Source: Eledone cirrhosa
Lineage: Eukaryota
DNA length: 64,000 nucleotides
Direction: 5' to 3'
NCBI GenBank assembly: GCA_964016885.1
Contig: OZ024740.1
Span: 284,704,001 to 284,768,000, forward strand
In this document: positions 15,018 to 34,000 of the stretch, one piece after another
How the letters are laid out: every line of letters begins with the position of its first letter
Position numbering within the stretch: position 1 is the first letter of the stretch
Notes under the pieces: model-generated
What the model saw: only the letters and a program-made list of their open reading frames with translations
Database searches by the model: none
Told to the model about the DNA's origin: nothing
Program-made: the position numbers and the translations under genes

Positions 15018-15260
15018 ATTTCATCTATTGATTCAGAGTTGCTCGTGTATTCCCAGCTCATCCATCCCTAACGGTGGGAAAATTGAGGGCTAGAAGGACA
15101 GTGGTGGTGGGGTAATGGCAGGGTGTGTTGGGATGCGCCAGAGGAGGAGAGAGTTAGTTAGGCAGGTAGTAGCAGCAGCAGCAGTGGAAATGGCATGCTA
15201 GGTTTGATTGGTCGAATAGACTATGGTGCTGTGTGGGGGTGGGGGGGAGGGAAATTGTGA

Positions 15261-16715
15261 GGTAGGAACTGAGGGTCGCATGGTAAATATCCAAGTTAAT
15301 ACTACATCAGTAAAATTAACAATAATAACGTCATGAAAAAAGCTACTAAGAGAAACCCTCGAAAATTTATCGCTAATACAGCAGGGAAAATTTAACGCTA
15401 ATACAGCAGGGAACATCATAATATTAACGACATGAAAAAGCTACTAAGAGAAACCCTCGAAAATTTATCGCTAATACAGCAGGGAAAATTTAACGCTAAT
15501 ACAGCAGGGAACATCATAATATTAACGACATGAAAAAGCTACTAAGAGAAACCCTCGAAAATTTATCGCTAATACAGCAGGGAAAATTTAACGCTAATAC
15601 AGCAGGGAACATCATAATATTAACGACAATATGTAGGCTAAAATACCTTCGTAGATTAGGTGGATGGCTGGCTGGGAAAATTTGAATCAGCTCAGTGGTA
15701 CATTTTAGCAGAGAAGAATGGCAAAGTGTCTTATCTCTTCAATATTTTCAGATTGAATGAATTAGGTTAAAGACAGGGTAGTAAGCCTTAAAGAAGTGCA
15801 TAGAGGGGGGGGGGGGGTAGGAACTGAGGGTCGCATGGTAAATAACTGAGAGAGATACAATAGGATTAGAATACCGCATGGTAAATATCCAAGTTAATAA
15901 GTTAATACTACATCAGTAAAATTAACAATAATAACGTCATGAAAAAAGCTACTAAGAGAAACCCTCGAAAATTTATCGCTAATACAGCAGGGAAAATTTA
16001 ACGCTAATACAGCAGGGAACATCATAATATTAACGACATGAAAAAGCTACTAAGAGAAACCCTCGAAAATTTATCGCTAATACAGCAGGAAAAATTTAAC
16101 GCTAATACAGCAGGGAACATCATAATATTAACGACATGAAAAAGCTACTAAGAGAAACCCTCGAAAATTTATCGCTAATACAGCAGGGAAAATTTAACGC
16201 TAATACAGCAGGGAACATCATAATATTAACGACAATATGTAGGCTAAAATACCTTCGTAGATTAGGTGGATGGCTGGCTGGGAAAATTTGAATCAGCTCA
16301 GTGGTACATTTTAGCAGAGAAGAATGGCAAAGTGTCTTATCTCTTCAATATTTTCAGATTGAATGAATTAGGTTAAAGACAGGGTAGTAAGCCTTAAAGA
16401 AGTGCATAGAGGGGGGGGGGGGTAGGAACTGAGGGTCGCATGGTAAATAACTGAGAGAGATACAATAGGATTAGAATACCGCATGGTAAATATCCAAGTT
16501 AATAAGTTAATACTACATCAGTAAAATTAACAATAATAACGTCATGAAAAAAGCTACTAAGAGAAACCCTCGAAAATTTATCGCTAATACAGCAGGGAAA
16601 ATTTAACGCTAATACAGCAGGGAACATCATAATATTAACGACATGAAAAAGCTACTAAGAGAAACCCTCGAAAATTTATCGCTAATACAGCAGGGAAAAT
16701 TTAACGCTAATACAG
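15261..16715. repeat. Nested tandem array: about 605-bp unit containing three 98-bp units, each with a 25-bp duplication
   Basis: GGTAGGAACTGAGGGTCGCATGGTAAATA at 15261, 15816 and 16421. CATGAAAAAGCTACTAAGAG recurs with a 98-bp period (15431, 15529). AAAATTTA(T/A)CGCTAATACAGCAGGG occurs twice per unit. Confidence 0.93.
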
Positions 16716-16790
16716 TATATATGTATATATATGTATATATATATATATGTTATATATATATATATGTATATATATGTATATATATATATG

Positions 16791-16837
<47 letters not shown>

Positions 16838-17049
16838 GTATATATATGTATATATATATATATGTATATATATGTATATATATATATATATGTATATATA
16901 TGTATATATATATATATGTATATATATGTATATATATGTATATATATATATATGTATATATATGTATATATATATATATGTATATATATGTATATATATA
17001 TATATATGTATATATATATGTATATATATATGTATATATATATACATAT
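16716..17049. repeat. (TA)nTG spacer between head-to-head RTE-B and RTE-A
   Basis: Direct reading. Confidence 0.93.
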
Positions 17050-19337
17050 AGAAGGGAAGCTGAGGAAAGAAAGTTCAAGCATGTTCTACAACGCGATGAC
17101 CAAAAACGTGAGGTGTTCAGGACTGCTAGGCAATGCGTCAAGGAAAACCGTGACATTGTCGGCGAGAAGTGTGTACTTAACGATGATGACATACTTGCCA
17201 TCACCGACACTGATAAGAAGGTAGCTTGGAAGTGTCACTATGAAAGGCTACTAAATGAGGAGAACAAATGGGAGAAAGACAGTCTCCCCCATATCGACCC
17301 AATAGAGGGACCAGCAGTGTTAGTCGAGGTGAGTATAAGTAAGGCAATCAAGGATATGAAGACGGGTAAGGCGGCTGGGCCTTCGGAAATAGTTGCTGAG
17401 ATGCTGAAGGCATCTGGCACGGTGGGACACACCATGGTCACCCGCATAGTTAACCAAGTCGTACAGAATGGGGTTGTTCCGAAGGACTGGCATAGCAGCA
17501 TCATCGTTAACTGTTATAAGGGTAAAGGAGACGCCCTAGATAGGAGTAACTATAGAGGCATTAAATTAATCGACCAGGTCATGAAGGTCACGGAAAAAGT
17601 AATAGCGCAACTAATCAGAGAGAGAATTGACCTAGATGAAATGCAGTTCGGGTTTGTGTCGGGCAAAAGCACCACAGACGCTCTTTTCATAGTACGACAA
17701 CTACAGGAGAAGTACCTAGCTAAAGGTAAACCCCTCTACTTAGCTTTTGTCGACCTGGAGAAAGCCTTCGACAGAGTCCCCCGCTCCATTATCTGGTGGG
17801 CTCTTAGAAAACTAGGCGTTCGCGAATGGCTTGTGAGGGCTATACAAGCCATGTATAAAGAAACAGTCAGCAAGGTTAGAATTAACAACGAATATAGTGA
17901 AGAGTTTAGCGTATAAGTTGGCGTCCATCAGGGCTCTGTTCTCAGCCCCCTACTATTTATTATTGCCCTTCAGGCTATAACAGAGGAGTTCAAGACAGGC
18001 TGCCCATGGGAACTCCTATACGCAGACGACCTGACACTCATAGCGGAATCAATGGCCGAGCTAGAGAAGAAATTCCAAACATGGAAGCACGGCCTAGAGT
18101 CAAAAGGACTTAAAATTAACCTGGCTAAGACCAAAGTTCTAGTTTGTAGGAAAGAAAACAAGGCGGCGGTCCCTTCTGGGAAATGGTCGTGCTCGGTGTG
18201 TAGGAAAGGCGTAGGTAGAAACTCCATTTTATGTCCTAAATGCAAAGTATGGGTGCATAAAAGATGTAGTGGGATCACAGGTAAGCTAACTAAGAACATA
18301 GATTTTACATGTGGCCGGTGTTCTGGTGCAATAAGTAGCAGCAAGTGCCCACAAAATACTAGCTCTTTCAATTGCGCAGAGGGTTCTATAGAAATAGTGG
18401 ACAGCTTCCGTTACCTGGGCGATAAAATCAGCAGTGGGGGAGGGTGCTCTGAAAGTACTGTAGCTAGAGTCAGAACTGGTTGGAAAAAGTTCAGAGAGCT
18501 TATACCACTATTAGCTGCTAAAGGGTTCTCCCTAAAAATGAAAGGCAGGTTGTACGATGCCTGCATACGAACAGCAATGTTGCATGGTAGTGAGACCTGG
18601 GCATTGTGTGCAGAGGATATACGCAGACTAGAGAGGAACGAAGCTTGCATGCTCCGCTGGATCTGTAACAGTAATATACGTGAACGGCAAAGCATAAACG
18701 AACTAAGGAAAAAATTAGAGATAAGAGGGATCAGATGTTGTTTACTCGAGAGAAGGCTGCGTTGGTATGGACACGTGATGCGCATGAAAGTCGATAGCTG
18801 TATAACAAAGTGCAGGGCAATGAAGATAGACGGTAGCCACGGAATAGGCAGACCTAGAAAAACCTGGGATGAGCTGATAAACTCCGACCTTACACCTCTC
18901 CAAGACAATGTCACTGGACCGAGACCTTTGGCGGTACTCAGTAACAGAGAAGACCCGCCTTGCCAGTAGGCATCTCTAAAAAAATACACCCCGTCCCGCC
19001 ACCACCCCCACCCCATCCACACCACCCCGTTCTATGTAAAGTTATGTTGGTGCCGCGCCATCCAGGCCGAAACAAATGAGATCGTGTAGGTGTCACGACA
19101 AAAAAACACACAGTCCACGCTGTAATGTGGCCGTGTAGACAACACGGTAAAAACCTCCCAGACCCACACTGTAAATGTGGTTGGTGTTAGGAAGGGCATC
19201 CAACTGTAGAAAACCTGCCAGACAGTCCTATGCGAGCAAGACAATCACTCTTGCCTCAAGTGGGACTACCCCCGTCCAAACCCATGCAAGCATGGAACAC
19301 GGACGTTAAACGTTGATGATGATGATGATGATGATGA

Positions 19338-19338
<1 letters not shown>
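17050..19338 (+). mobile_element. RTE family A, 5'-truncated and inactivated copy
   Basis: Begins at RREAEERK. Nonsense change AAA>TAA at 17914-17916 and a small deletion near 18890. (GAT)8 tail at 19315-19338. Confidence 0.95.
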
Positions 19339-22558
<3,220 letters not shown>

Positions 22559-22758
22559 AACTTTGAATAACTTTGAAATGTTTTGGCCAGTATTGGCCCA
22601 GGCCATGTCTAACTTAATAGCACCACCTGGCGAAGTCTTTCAATTCAGGATTTGAGCACCATGGCCCATTCGAGTAGAGAATTACTGTTTGCGGAGACAT
22701 ATCCGGGTGTGGGTGGTTTGTCCGGGATTACTTGGAGGAATTTGTCCAAAGACTTCTT
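22559..22758 (-). mobile_element. 3' end of a CR1/L2-group LINE, 5'-truncated
   Basis: Minus strand 22758-22645 translates to [37 protein letters not shown], resembling the LDKFL..IPD.P..PGY....NSL C-terminus of CR1-group ORF2. A short UTR and a tandem TTCAAAGTTA tail follow. Confidence 0.75.
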
Positions 22759-26350
<3,592 letters not shown>

Positions 26351-26689
26351 GGAGGCATATGGCTTAGTGGTTAGAGCATTGGCCTTGCAATCGAAAGGTT
26401 GTGAGTTCAATTCTCAGACCGGGTGATGTGTTGTTTCCTTGAGCAAGACACTTTATTTCACATTGCTCCAGTTTACTCAGCTGTAGAAATGAGAAGATAG
26501 GGACTGGGATCCCTATCATTCCACTGCAAAGTGGTCGTGCAGGTGCCACTGCAAAAAGCACCCAGCACTCACTGTAAATGAGGTTGGTGTTAGGAAGGGC
26601 ATCCAGCTGTAGAAATCAAGCCAGAATCAGTTCCCGTCCCACCCTTGCAAGCAGGGAAAAAGCGGACGTAAAATGAAATGATGATGATG

Positions 26690-26691
<2 letters not shown>
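26351..26691 (+). mobile_element. tRNA-derived CORE-like SINE with RTE-B-derived tail
   Basis: A box TGGCTTAGTGG (26360) and B box GAGTTCAATTC (26403). CORE-like CCTTGAGCAAGACACTT...CTCAGCTGTAGAAATGAG. Bases 26553-26625 are identical to the RTE-B 3'UTR. (GAT)4 tail. Confidence 0.9.
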
Positions 26692-26727
<36 letters not shown>

Positions 26728-26804
26728 GTATATATATGTATATATATATATATGTATATATATGTATATATATGTATATATATGTATATATATGTATATA
26801 TATG

Positions 26805-26840
<36 letters not shown>

Positions 26841-26890
26841 TATACATATATATATGTATGTATATATATATATATATGTATATATATGTA

Positions 26891-26921
<31 letters not shown>

Positions 26922-27575
26922 ATATATGTATGTGTATATATATGTATGTATATATATATATATGTATATATATGTATGTATATATATATATATGTATATA
27001 TATGTATATATGTATATATATGTATGTATATATATGTCATGTATATATATATATATATATGTATATATATGTATGTATATATATATATATATATGTATAT
27101 ATATGTATGTATATATATATATATATCTATATATATGTATGTATATATATATATGTATATATATGTATGTATATGTATGTATATATATATATGTATATAT
27201 ATGTATGTATATATATATATATGTATATATATGTATGTATATATATATATATGTATATATATGTATGTATATATATATATGTATATATATGTATATATAT
27301 ATATATGTATATATATGTATATATATATGTATATGTATATATATGTATATATATATGTATATGTATATATATGTATATATATATATGTATATATATATAT
27401 GTATATATATATGTATATATATGTATATGTATATATATGTATATATATGTATATATATGTATATATATATATATATATGTATATATATGTATATATATAT
27501 ATGTATATGTATATATATGTATATATATATATGTATATGTATATATATGTATATATATGTATATATATGTATATA

Positions 27576-27664
<89 letters not shown>

Positions 27665-27870
27665 ATGTATATATATGTATATATATATATATATGTATAT
27701 ATATGTATATATATATGTATATATATGTATATATATATATATATATGTATATATATGTATATATATATATGTATATATGTATATATATGTATATATATGT
27801 TATATATATATGTATATATATGTATATATATATGTATATATGTATATATATGTATATATATGTATATATA

Positions 27871-27915
<45 letters not shown>

Positions 27916-28028
27916 GTATATGTATATGTATATATGTATATGTGTATATATATGTATATGTATATGTATATATGTATATGTGTATATATATATATATGTA
28001 TATATATATATGTATATATATATATGTG

Positions 28029-28077
<49 letters not shown>

Positions 28078-28088
28078 GTATATATATG

Positions 28089-28119
<31 letters not shown>

Positions 28120-28120
28120 C

Positions 28121-28211
<91 letters not shown>

Positions 28212-28256
28212 GTATATATATGTATATATATATGTATATATATATGTATATATATG

Positions 28257-28294
<38 letters not shown>

Positions 28295-28421
28295 TGTATA
28301 TATATGTATATATATATGTATATATATATGTATATATATGTATATATATATGTATATATATGTATATATATATATATATGTATATATATGTATATATATG
28401 TATATATATGCGTATATATAT
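26692..28421. repeat. (TA)nTG microsatellite
   Basis: Direct reading; lies between two facing GAT tails. Confidence 0.95.
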
Positions 28422-28567
28422 ATCATCATCATCATCAACGTTTAACGTCCGTGCTCCACGCTTGCATGGGTTTGGACGGGGTAGTTTGAGGCAAGAGTGA
28501 TTGTCTTGCTCGCATAGGACTGTCTGGCAGGTTTTCTACAGTTGGATGCCCTTCCTAACACCAACCA
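28422..28567 (-). mobile_element. RTE family A 3'-end fragment
   Basis: (ATC)5 tail plus 3'UTR with a small internal deletion. Confidence 0.92.
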
Positions 28568-28623
28568 TATATATATGTATATATATGTATATATATGTAT
28601 ATATATGTATATGTATATATATG

Positions 28624-28662
<39 letters not shown>

Positions 28663-28735
28663 GTATTTGTATATATATATATATATGTATATGTATATAT
28701 GTATATATATTTATGTATATATATGTATATATATG

Positions 28736-28827
<92 letters not shown>

Positions 28828-28839
28828 TGTATATATATG

Positions 28840-28890
<51 letters not shown>

Positions 28891-29245
28891 GTATGTATAT
28901 ATATATGTATATATATATGTATATATATATGTATATATATATGTATATATATATGTATATATATATGTATATATATATGTATATATATATGTATATATAT
29001 ATGTATATATATATGTATATATATATGTATATATATGTATATATATGTATATATATGTATATATATATATATATGTATATATATGTATATATATGTATAT
29101 ATATATATATGTGTATATATGTATATGTATATATATGTATATATATGTATATATGTATATATATGTATGTATATGTATATATGTATATGTATATATATGT
29201 ATATATATGTATATATGTATATATATGTATGTATATATGTATATA
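28568..29245. repeat. (TA)nTG microsatellite including a perfect 10-mer run
   Basis: (TATATATATG)n at about 28900-29030. Confidence 0.93.
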
Positions 29246-29409
29246 ATATATTTTATTATGCGCATTTCAAAAACAAACATCATCATGCAATAATTGTGTT
29301 TTCATCAGATAAAACAGGAGAACATGATATGCAGGCTAAAAAACACTTGTGGATAGTGCAGTTTTAAATCAACATATGAAAAGTGGTTTTAGATTGATGT
29401 GTGATATTG

Positions 29410-29825
29410 GGAAAAATATTTTATTTAGAGAGGGGGGGGTGGAAAGGATGAAAAGGGAAGGAGATGAGAGGGAGAGATGGGTGATAGAGAGAAAGAGATA
29501 GTTTTTATAACTGAGAGGAGATATATTTTTTACATAGAGAGGTTGAAAACCGTTGGAAGATACTGTATAAATTAAAAATTTTGAAAATTAACGAAGGGAG
29601 GATATGTGCGAGGAAAAATATTTTATTTAGGGAGGGGGGGGTGGAAAGGATGAAAAAAGGGGGAGGAGATGAGAGTGAAGGTGGAGAGGGAGAGATGGGT
29701 GATAGAGAGAAAGAGATAGTTTTTATAACTGAGAAAAAGATATATTGTTTTAACATAGAGAGGTTGGGAACCGTTGGAAGATAATGTATAAATTAAAGGA
29801 ATTTGAAAATTAACGAAGGGAAATT
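29410..29825. repeat. Diverged tandem duplication, about 200-bp unit, purine-rich
   Basis: GGAAAAATATTTTATTTAG...GGAAAGGATGAAAA at about 29410 and 29612; each unit ends in GAAAATTAACGAAGGG. Confidence 0.8.
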
Positions 29826-30261
29826 ATGTATGAAGATAGAGAGAAAAAAATAATAATTGTGGATGAATATTCTAACGTCAAAAAAGAAATGTATGTATTG
29901 TGGCAATTTCAAAATTAACGAAGAGAAAAATTATTAAGGTTTGTGTGTAGAAGGATTTGAGAAAAATAATGTGAAGTTAAAGTTTGTATATTGATTGAAT
30001 TGATAATATATGCGAATAAAGAGTTAATATGTATTAATAATGAGTTCGTTGATGGGGAGAAAAAAATAATAATAAATTAAGGATGAAATTGAGATTAAAA
30101 AGATTTATGATAGAGAGAAAAAATGGCATAAATTCAGCAGCCTAATTTGCATATTGAGTGACCGATTTAACTCACTCAATATGCAAATTAGGCTGCTCAG
30201 CCGTTAATTTTCATAAGGAAAGTATATACTTTCGAACGTTCAACTATCTGGCAGATGGGTA

Positions 30262-30306
30262 AACGGTGCTGATGATAGCTAACAAGCTTGAAACTAGTAC
30301 ATCGTT
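30262..30306 (+). ncRNA. Minimal type-I hammerhead ribozyme, copy 1
   Basis: Stem I AACGGTG/CATCGTT. Core CTGATGA 30269-30275. Stem II AGCT-AACA-AGCT with a U-U pair at its base. GAAA 30290-30293. Stem III within palindromic ACTAGT. GUA cleavage triplet ending at 30299. Confidence 0.8.
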
Positions 30307-30735
30307 CCTGTGTCAGTGTTGAACAAAAAGGTGACGTGGTTGCCTTAACACCGTATGGCATAAATTCAGGCTGTTCAGTTTGTTTACAAACGAACAAAGC
30401 GACGTTATAATAAGCGCCGCTAAACTGATACGTGCATATATGTATGTGTACCTGTATGCATATGTATATATATGTGTATATATATATATATATATGTGCA
30501 TGCTACTGTACGTCTGTATACATATATGTATGTACGTATACATGCATACTTACATTTAAGTAAGTGCCATACTAAGAGTGAGAAATGAAATTTCGTTTTC
30601 ATTTTGTTTCAATTTATCGTTTTCGGTATGCCTGACCGATTTAACTCACTCAATATGCAAATTAGGCTGCTCAGCCGTTAATTTTCATAAGGAAAGTATA
30701 TACTTTCGAACGTTCAACTATCTGGCAGATGGGTA

Positions 30736-30780
30736 AACGGTGCTGATGATAGCTAACAAGCTTGAAACTAGTACATCGTT
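30736..30780 (+). ncRNA. Minimal type-I hammerhead ribozyme, copy 2
   Basis: Identical to 30262-30306. Confidence 0.8.
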
Positions 30781-31049
30781 CCTGTGTCAGTGTTGAACAA
30801 AAAGGTGACGTGGTTGCCTTAACACCGTATGGCATAAATTCAGGCTGTTCAGTTTGTTTACAAACGAACAAAGCGACGTTATAATAAGCGCCGCTAAACT
30901 GATACGTGCATATATGTATGTGTACCTGTATGCATATGTATATATATGTGTATATATATATATATATATGTGCATGCTACTGTACGTCTGTATACATATA
31001 TGTATGTACGTATACATGCATACTTATATATATATATATATATATATAT

Positions 31050-34000
31050 ATCATCATCATCATCATCATCAACGTTTAACGTCCGTGTTCCACGCTTGCA
31101 TGGGTTTGGACGGGGGTAGTCCCACTTGAGGCAAGAGTGATTGTCTTGCTCGCATAGGACTGTCTGGCAGGTTTTCTACAGTTGGATGCCCTTCCTAACA
31201 CCAACCACATTTACAGTGTGGGTCTGGGAGGTTTTTACCGTGTTGCCTACACGGCCACATTACAGCGTGGACTGTGTGTTTTTTTGTCGTGACACCTACA
31301 CGATCTCATTTGTTTCGGCCCGGATGGCGCGGCACCAACATAACTTTACATAGGACGGGGTGGTGTGGATGGGGTGGGGGTGGTGGTGGTGGGACGGGGT
31401 GTATTTTGTTAGAGATGCCTACTGGCAAGGCGGGTCTTCTCTGTTACTGAGTACCGCCAAAGGTCTCGGTCCAGTGACATTGTCTTGGAGAGGTGTAAGT
31501 GTGTGAGGTCGGAGTTTATCAGCTCGTCCCAGGTTTTTCTAGGTCTGCCTATTCCGTGGCTACCGTCTATCTTTATTGCCCTGCACTTTGTTATACAGCT
31601 ATCGACTTTCATGCGCATCACGTGTCCATACCAACGTAGCCTTCTCTCGAGTAAACAACATCTGATCCCTCTTATCTCTAATTTTTTCCTTAGTTCGTTT
31701 ATGCTTTGCCGTTCACGTATATTACTGTTACACATCCAGCGGAGCATGCAAGCTTCGTTCCTCTCTAGTCTGCGTATATCCTCTGCACACAATGCCCAGG
31801 TCTCACTGCCATGCAACATTGCTGTTCGTATGCAGGCATCGTACAACCTGCCTTTCATTTTTAGGGAGAACCCTTTAGCAGCTAATAGTGGTATAAGCTC
31901 TCTGAACTTTTTCCAACCAGTTCTGACTCTAGCTACAGTACTTTCAGAGCACCCTCCCCCACTGCTGATTTTATCGCCCAGGTAACGGAAGCTGTCCACT
32001 ATTTCTATAGAACCCTCTGCGCAATTGAAAGAGCTAGTATTGTGTGGGCACTTGCTGCTACTTATTGCACCAGAACACCGGCCACATGTAAAATCTATGT
32101 TCTTAGTTAGCTTACCTGTGATCCCACTACATCTTTTATGCACCCATACTTTGCATTTAGGACACAAAATGGAGTTTCTACCTACGCCTTTCCTACACAC
32201 CGAGCACGACCATTTCCCAGAAGGGACCGCCGCCTTGTTTTCTTTCCTACAAACTAGAACTTTGGTCTTAGCCAGGTTAATTTTAAGTCCTTTTGACTCT
32301 AGGCCGTGCTTCCATGTTTGGAATTTCTTCTCTAGCTCGGCCATTGATTCCGCTATGAGTGTCAGGTCGTCTGCGTATAGGAGTTCCCATGGGCAGCCTG
32401 TCTTGAACTCCTCTGTTATAGCCTGAAGGGCAATAATAAATAGTAGGGGGCTGAGAACAGAGCCCTGATGGACGCCAACTTTTACGCTAAACTCTTCACT
32501 ATATTCGTTGTTAATTCTAACCTTGCTGACTGTTTCTTTATACATGGCTTGTATAGCCCTCACAAGCCATTCGTCAACGCCTAGTTTTCTAAGAGCCCAC
32601 CAGATAATGGAGCGGGGGACTCTGTCGAAGGCTTTCTCCAAGTCGACAAAAGCTAAGTAGAGGGGTTTACCTTTAGCTAGGTACTTCTCCTGTAGTTGTC
32701 GTACTATGAAAAGAGCGTCTGTGGTACTTTTGCCTGACACAAACCCGAACTGCATTTCATCTAGGTCAATTCTCTCTCTGATTAGTTGCGCTATTACTTT
32801 TTCTGTGACCTTCATGACCTGGTCGATTAATTTAATGCCTCTATAGTTACTCCTATCTAGGGCATCTCCTTTACCCTTATAACAGTTAACGATGATGCTG
32901 CTATGCCAGTCCTTCGGAACAACCCCATTCTGTACGACTTGGTTAACTATGCGGGTGACCATGGTGTGTCCCACCGTGCCAGATGCCTTCAGCATCTCAG
33001 CAACTATTTCCGAAGGCCCAGCCGCCTTACCTGTCTTCATATCCTTGATTGCCTTACTTATTATACTCCCCTCGACTAACACTGCTGGTCCCTCTATTGG
33101 GTCGACATGGGGGAGACTGTCTTTCTCCCATTTATTCTCCTCATTTAGTAGCCTTTCATAGTGACACTTCCAAGCTGCCTTCTTATCAGTGTCGGTGATG
33201 GCAAGTATGCCATCATCGTTAAGTACACACTTCTCCCCGACAATATCACGGTTTTCCTTGACGCATTGCCTAGCAATCCTGAACACCTCACGTTTTTGGT
33301 CATCGCGTTGTAGGACATGCTTGAACTTTCTTTCCTCAGCTTCCCTTCTTGCTAAGTACACTTCTCTCCTAGCTTCCCTCCTGGCCACTTGATAGTCTAC
33401 TCTACTTCCCCCATCCCGCCATACTTTCCAAGCCTGCTTTTTGGCCTTAATTGACTCCTCCACCTTACTGTTCCACCACCAAGTTACTCTCCTCCTGCCT
33501 ACAGGCCTGCTCCAGCCACAGACTTCGTCTGTGGCCAACAGCAGGTTTGCTTTCAGAAATTCCCACTGTCCCTCTATATTGTCCGACTCTAAGTGTTCTT
33601 CCTTACTGTCGAAAGCATCAAGTAATATGTTTTGAAATTTATTTTTGGCTGTGGGGTCCTTTAGCTTCCATATTTTTCTCCTGAGGATAGTCCTCTTCTG
33701 CTGTCGAGTACGTCTCGACCTGACTATGAGGTCGCTAATTATCAGTCTATGTTGGGAGGTGCATTCTTCATGGGGGAGGGATTTAGTGTTTACAACAGAC
33801 ACTCTGTCACGTCTTCTGGTAAGGATATAATCTACCTGGCTTGTGTGTTCCCCGGATCTATAGGTGATCAGGTGATTGTCACGTTTTTTGAAGTTAGTGT
33901 TACAGATAGTTAGGTTATTTGCATCACAGAATTCCAGGATTCTGGAGCCTTCCTCATTTCTAGTACCAAACCCATAGCCTCCATGGATTTCGTCGTAGCC

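Larger units (their letters stand above)
11604..16715 (-). mobile_element. RTE-clade LINE family B with intact ORF and probable long repetitive 5' region
   Basis: (ATC)3 tail at 11604, 3'UTR homologous to family A, ORF 11898-15017, and 1.7 kb of contiguous upstream sequence ending at a TA array. Assigning 15018-16715 to the element is an inference. Confidence 0.88.
30159..31026 (+). mobile_element. 474-bp tandem repeat (1.8 units) bearing hammerhead ribozymes; Penelope pLTR or non-LTR retrozyme-like
   Basis: 30159-30552 matches 30633-31026 at offset 474. One hammerhead motif per unit. A 26-bp inverted segment lies at the 5' junction. Confidence 0.72.

Noticed and set aside
15330-16715. 98-bp repeats as a CRISPR-like array or an ORF1
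   Set aside because: Units are identical with no spacers, and there is no long ORF on the element strand.
26351-26425. tRNA gene
   Set aside because: A and B boxes are present, but the sequence continues into a CORE-like body and LINE tail, so it is a SINE head.
29250-29330. Minus-strand FVFEM as the next VAP exon
   Set aside because: No in-frame WK...MDSKL context, so a chance match.
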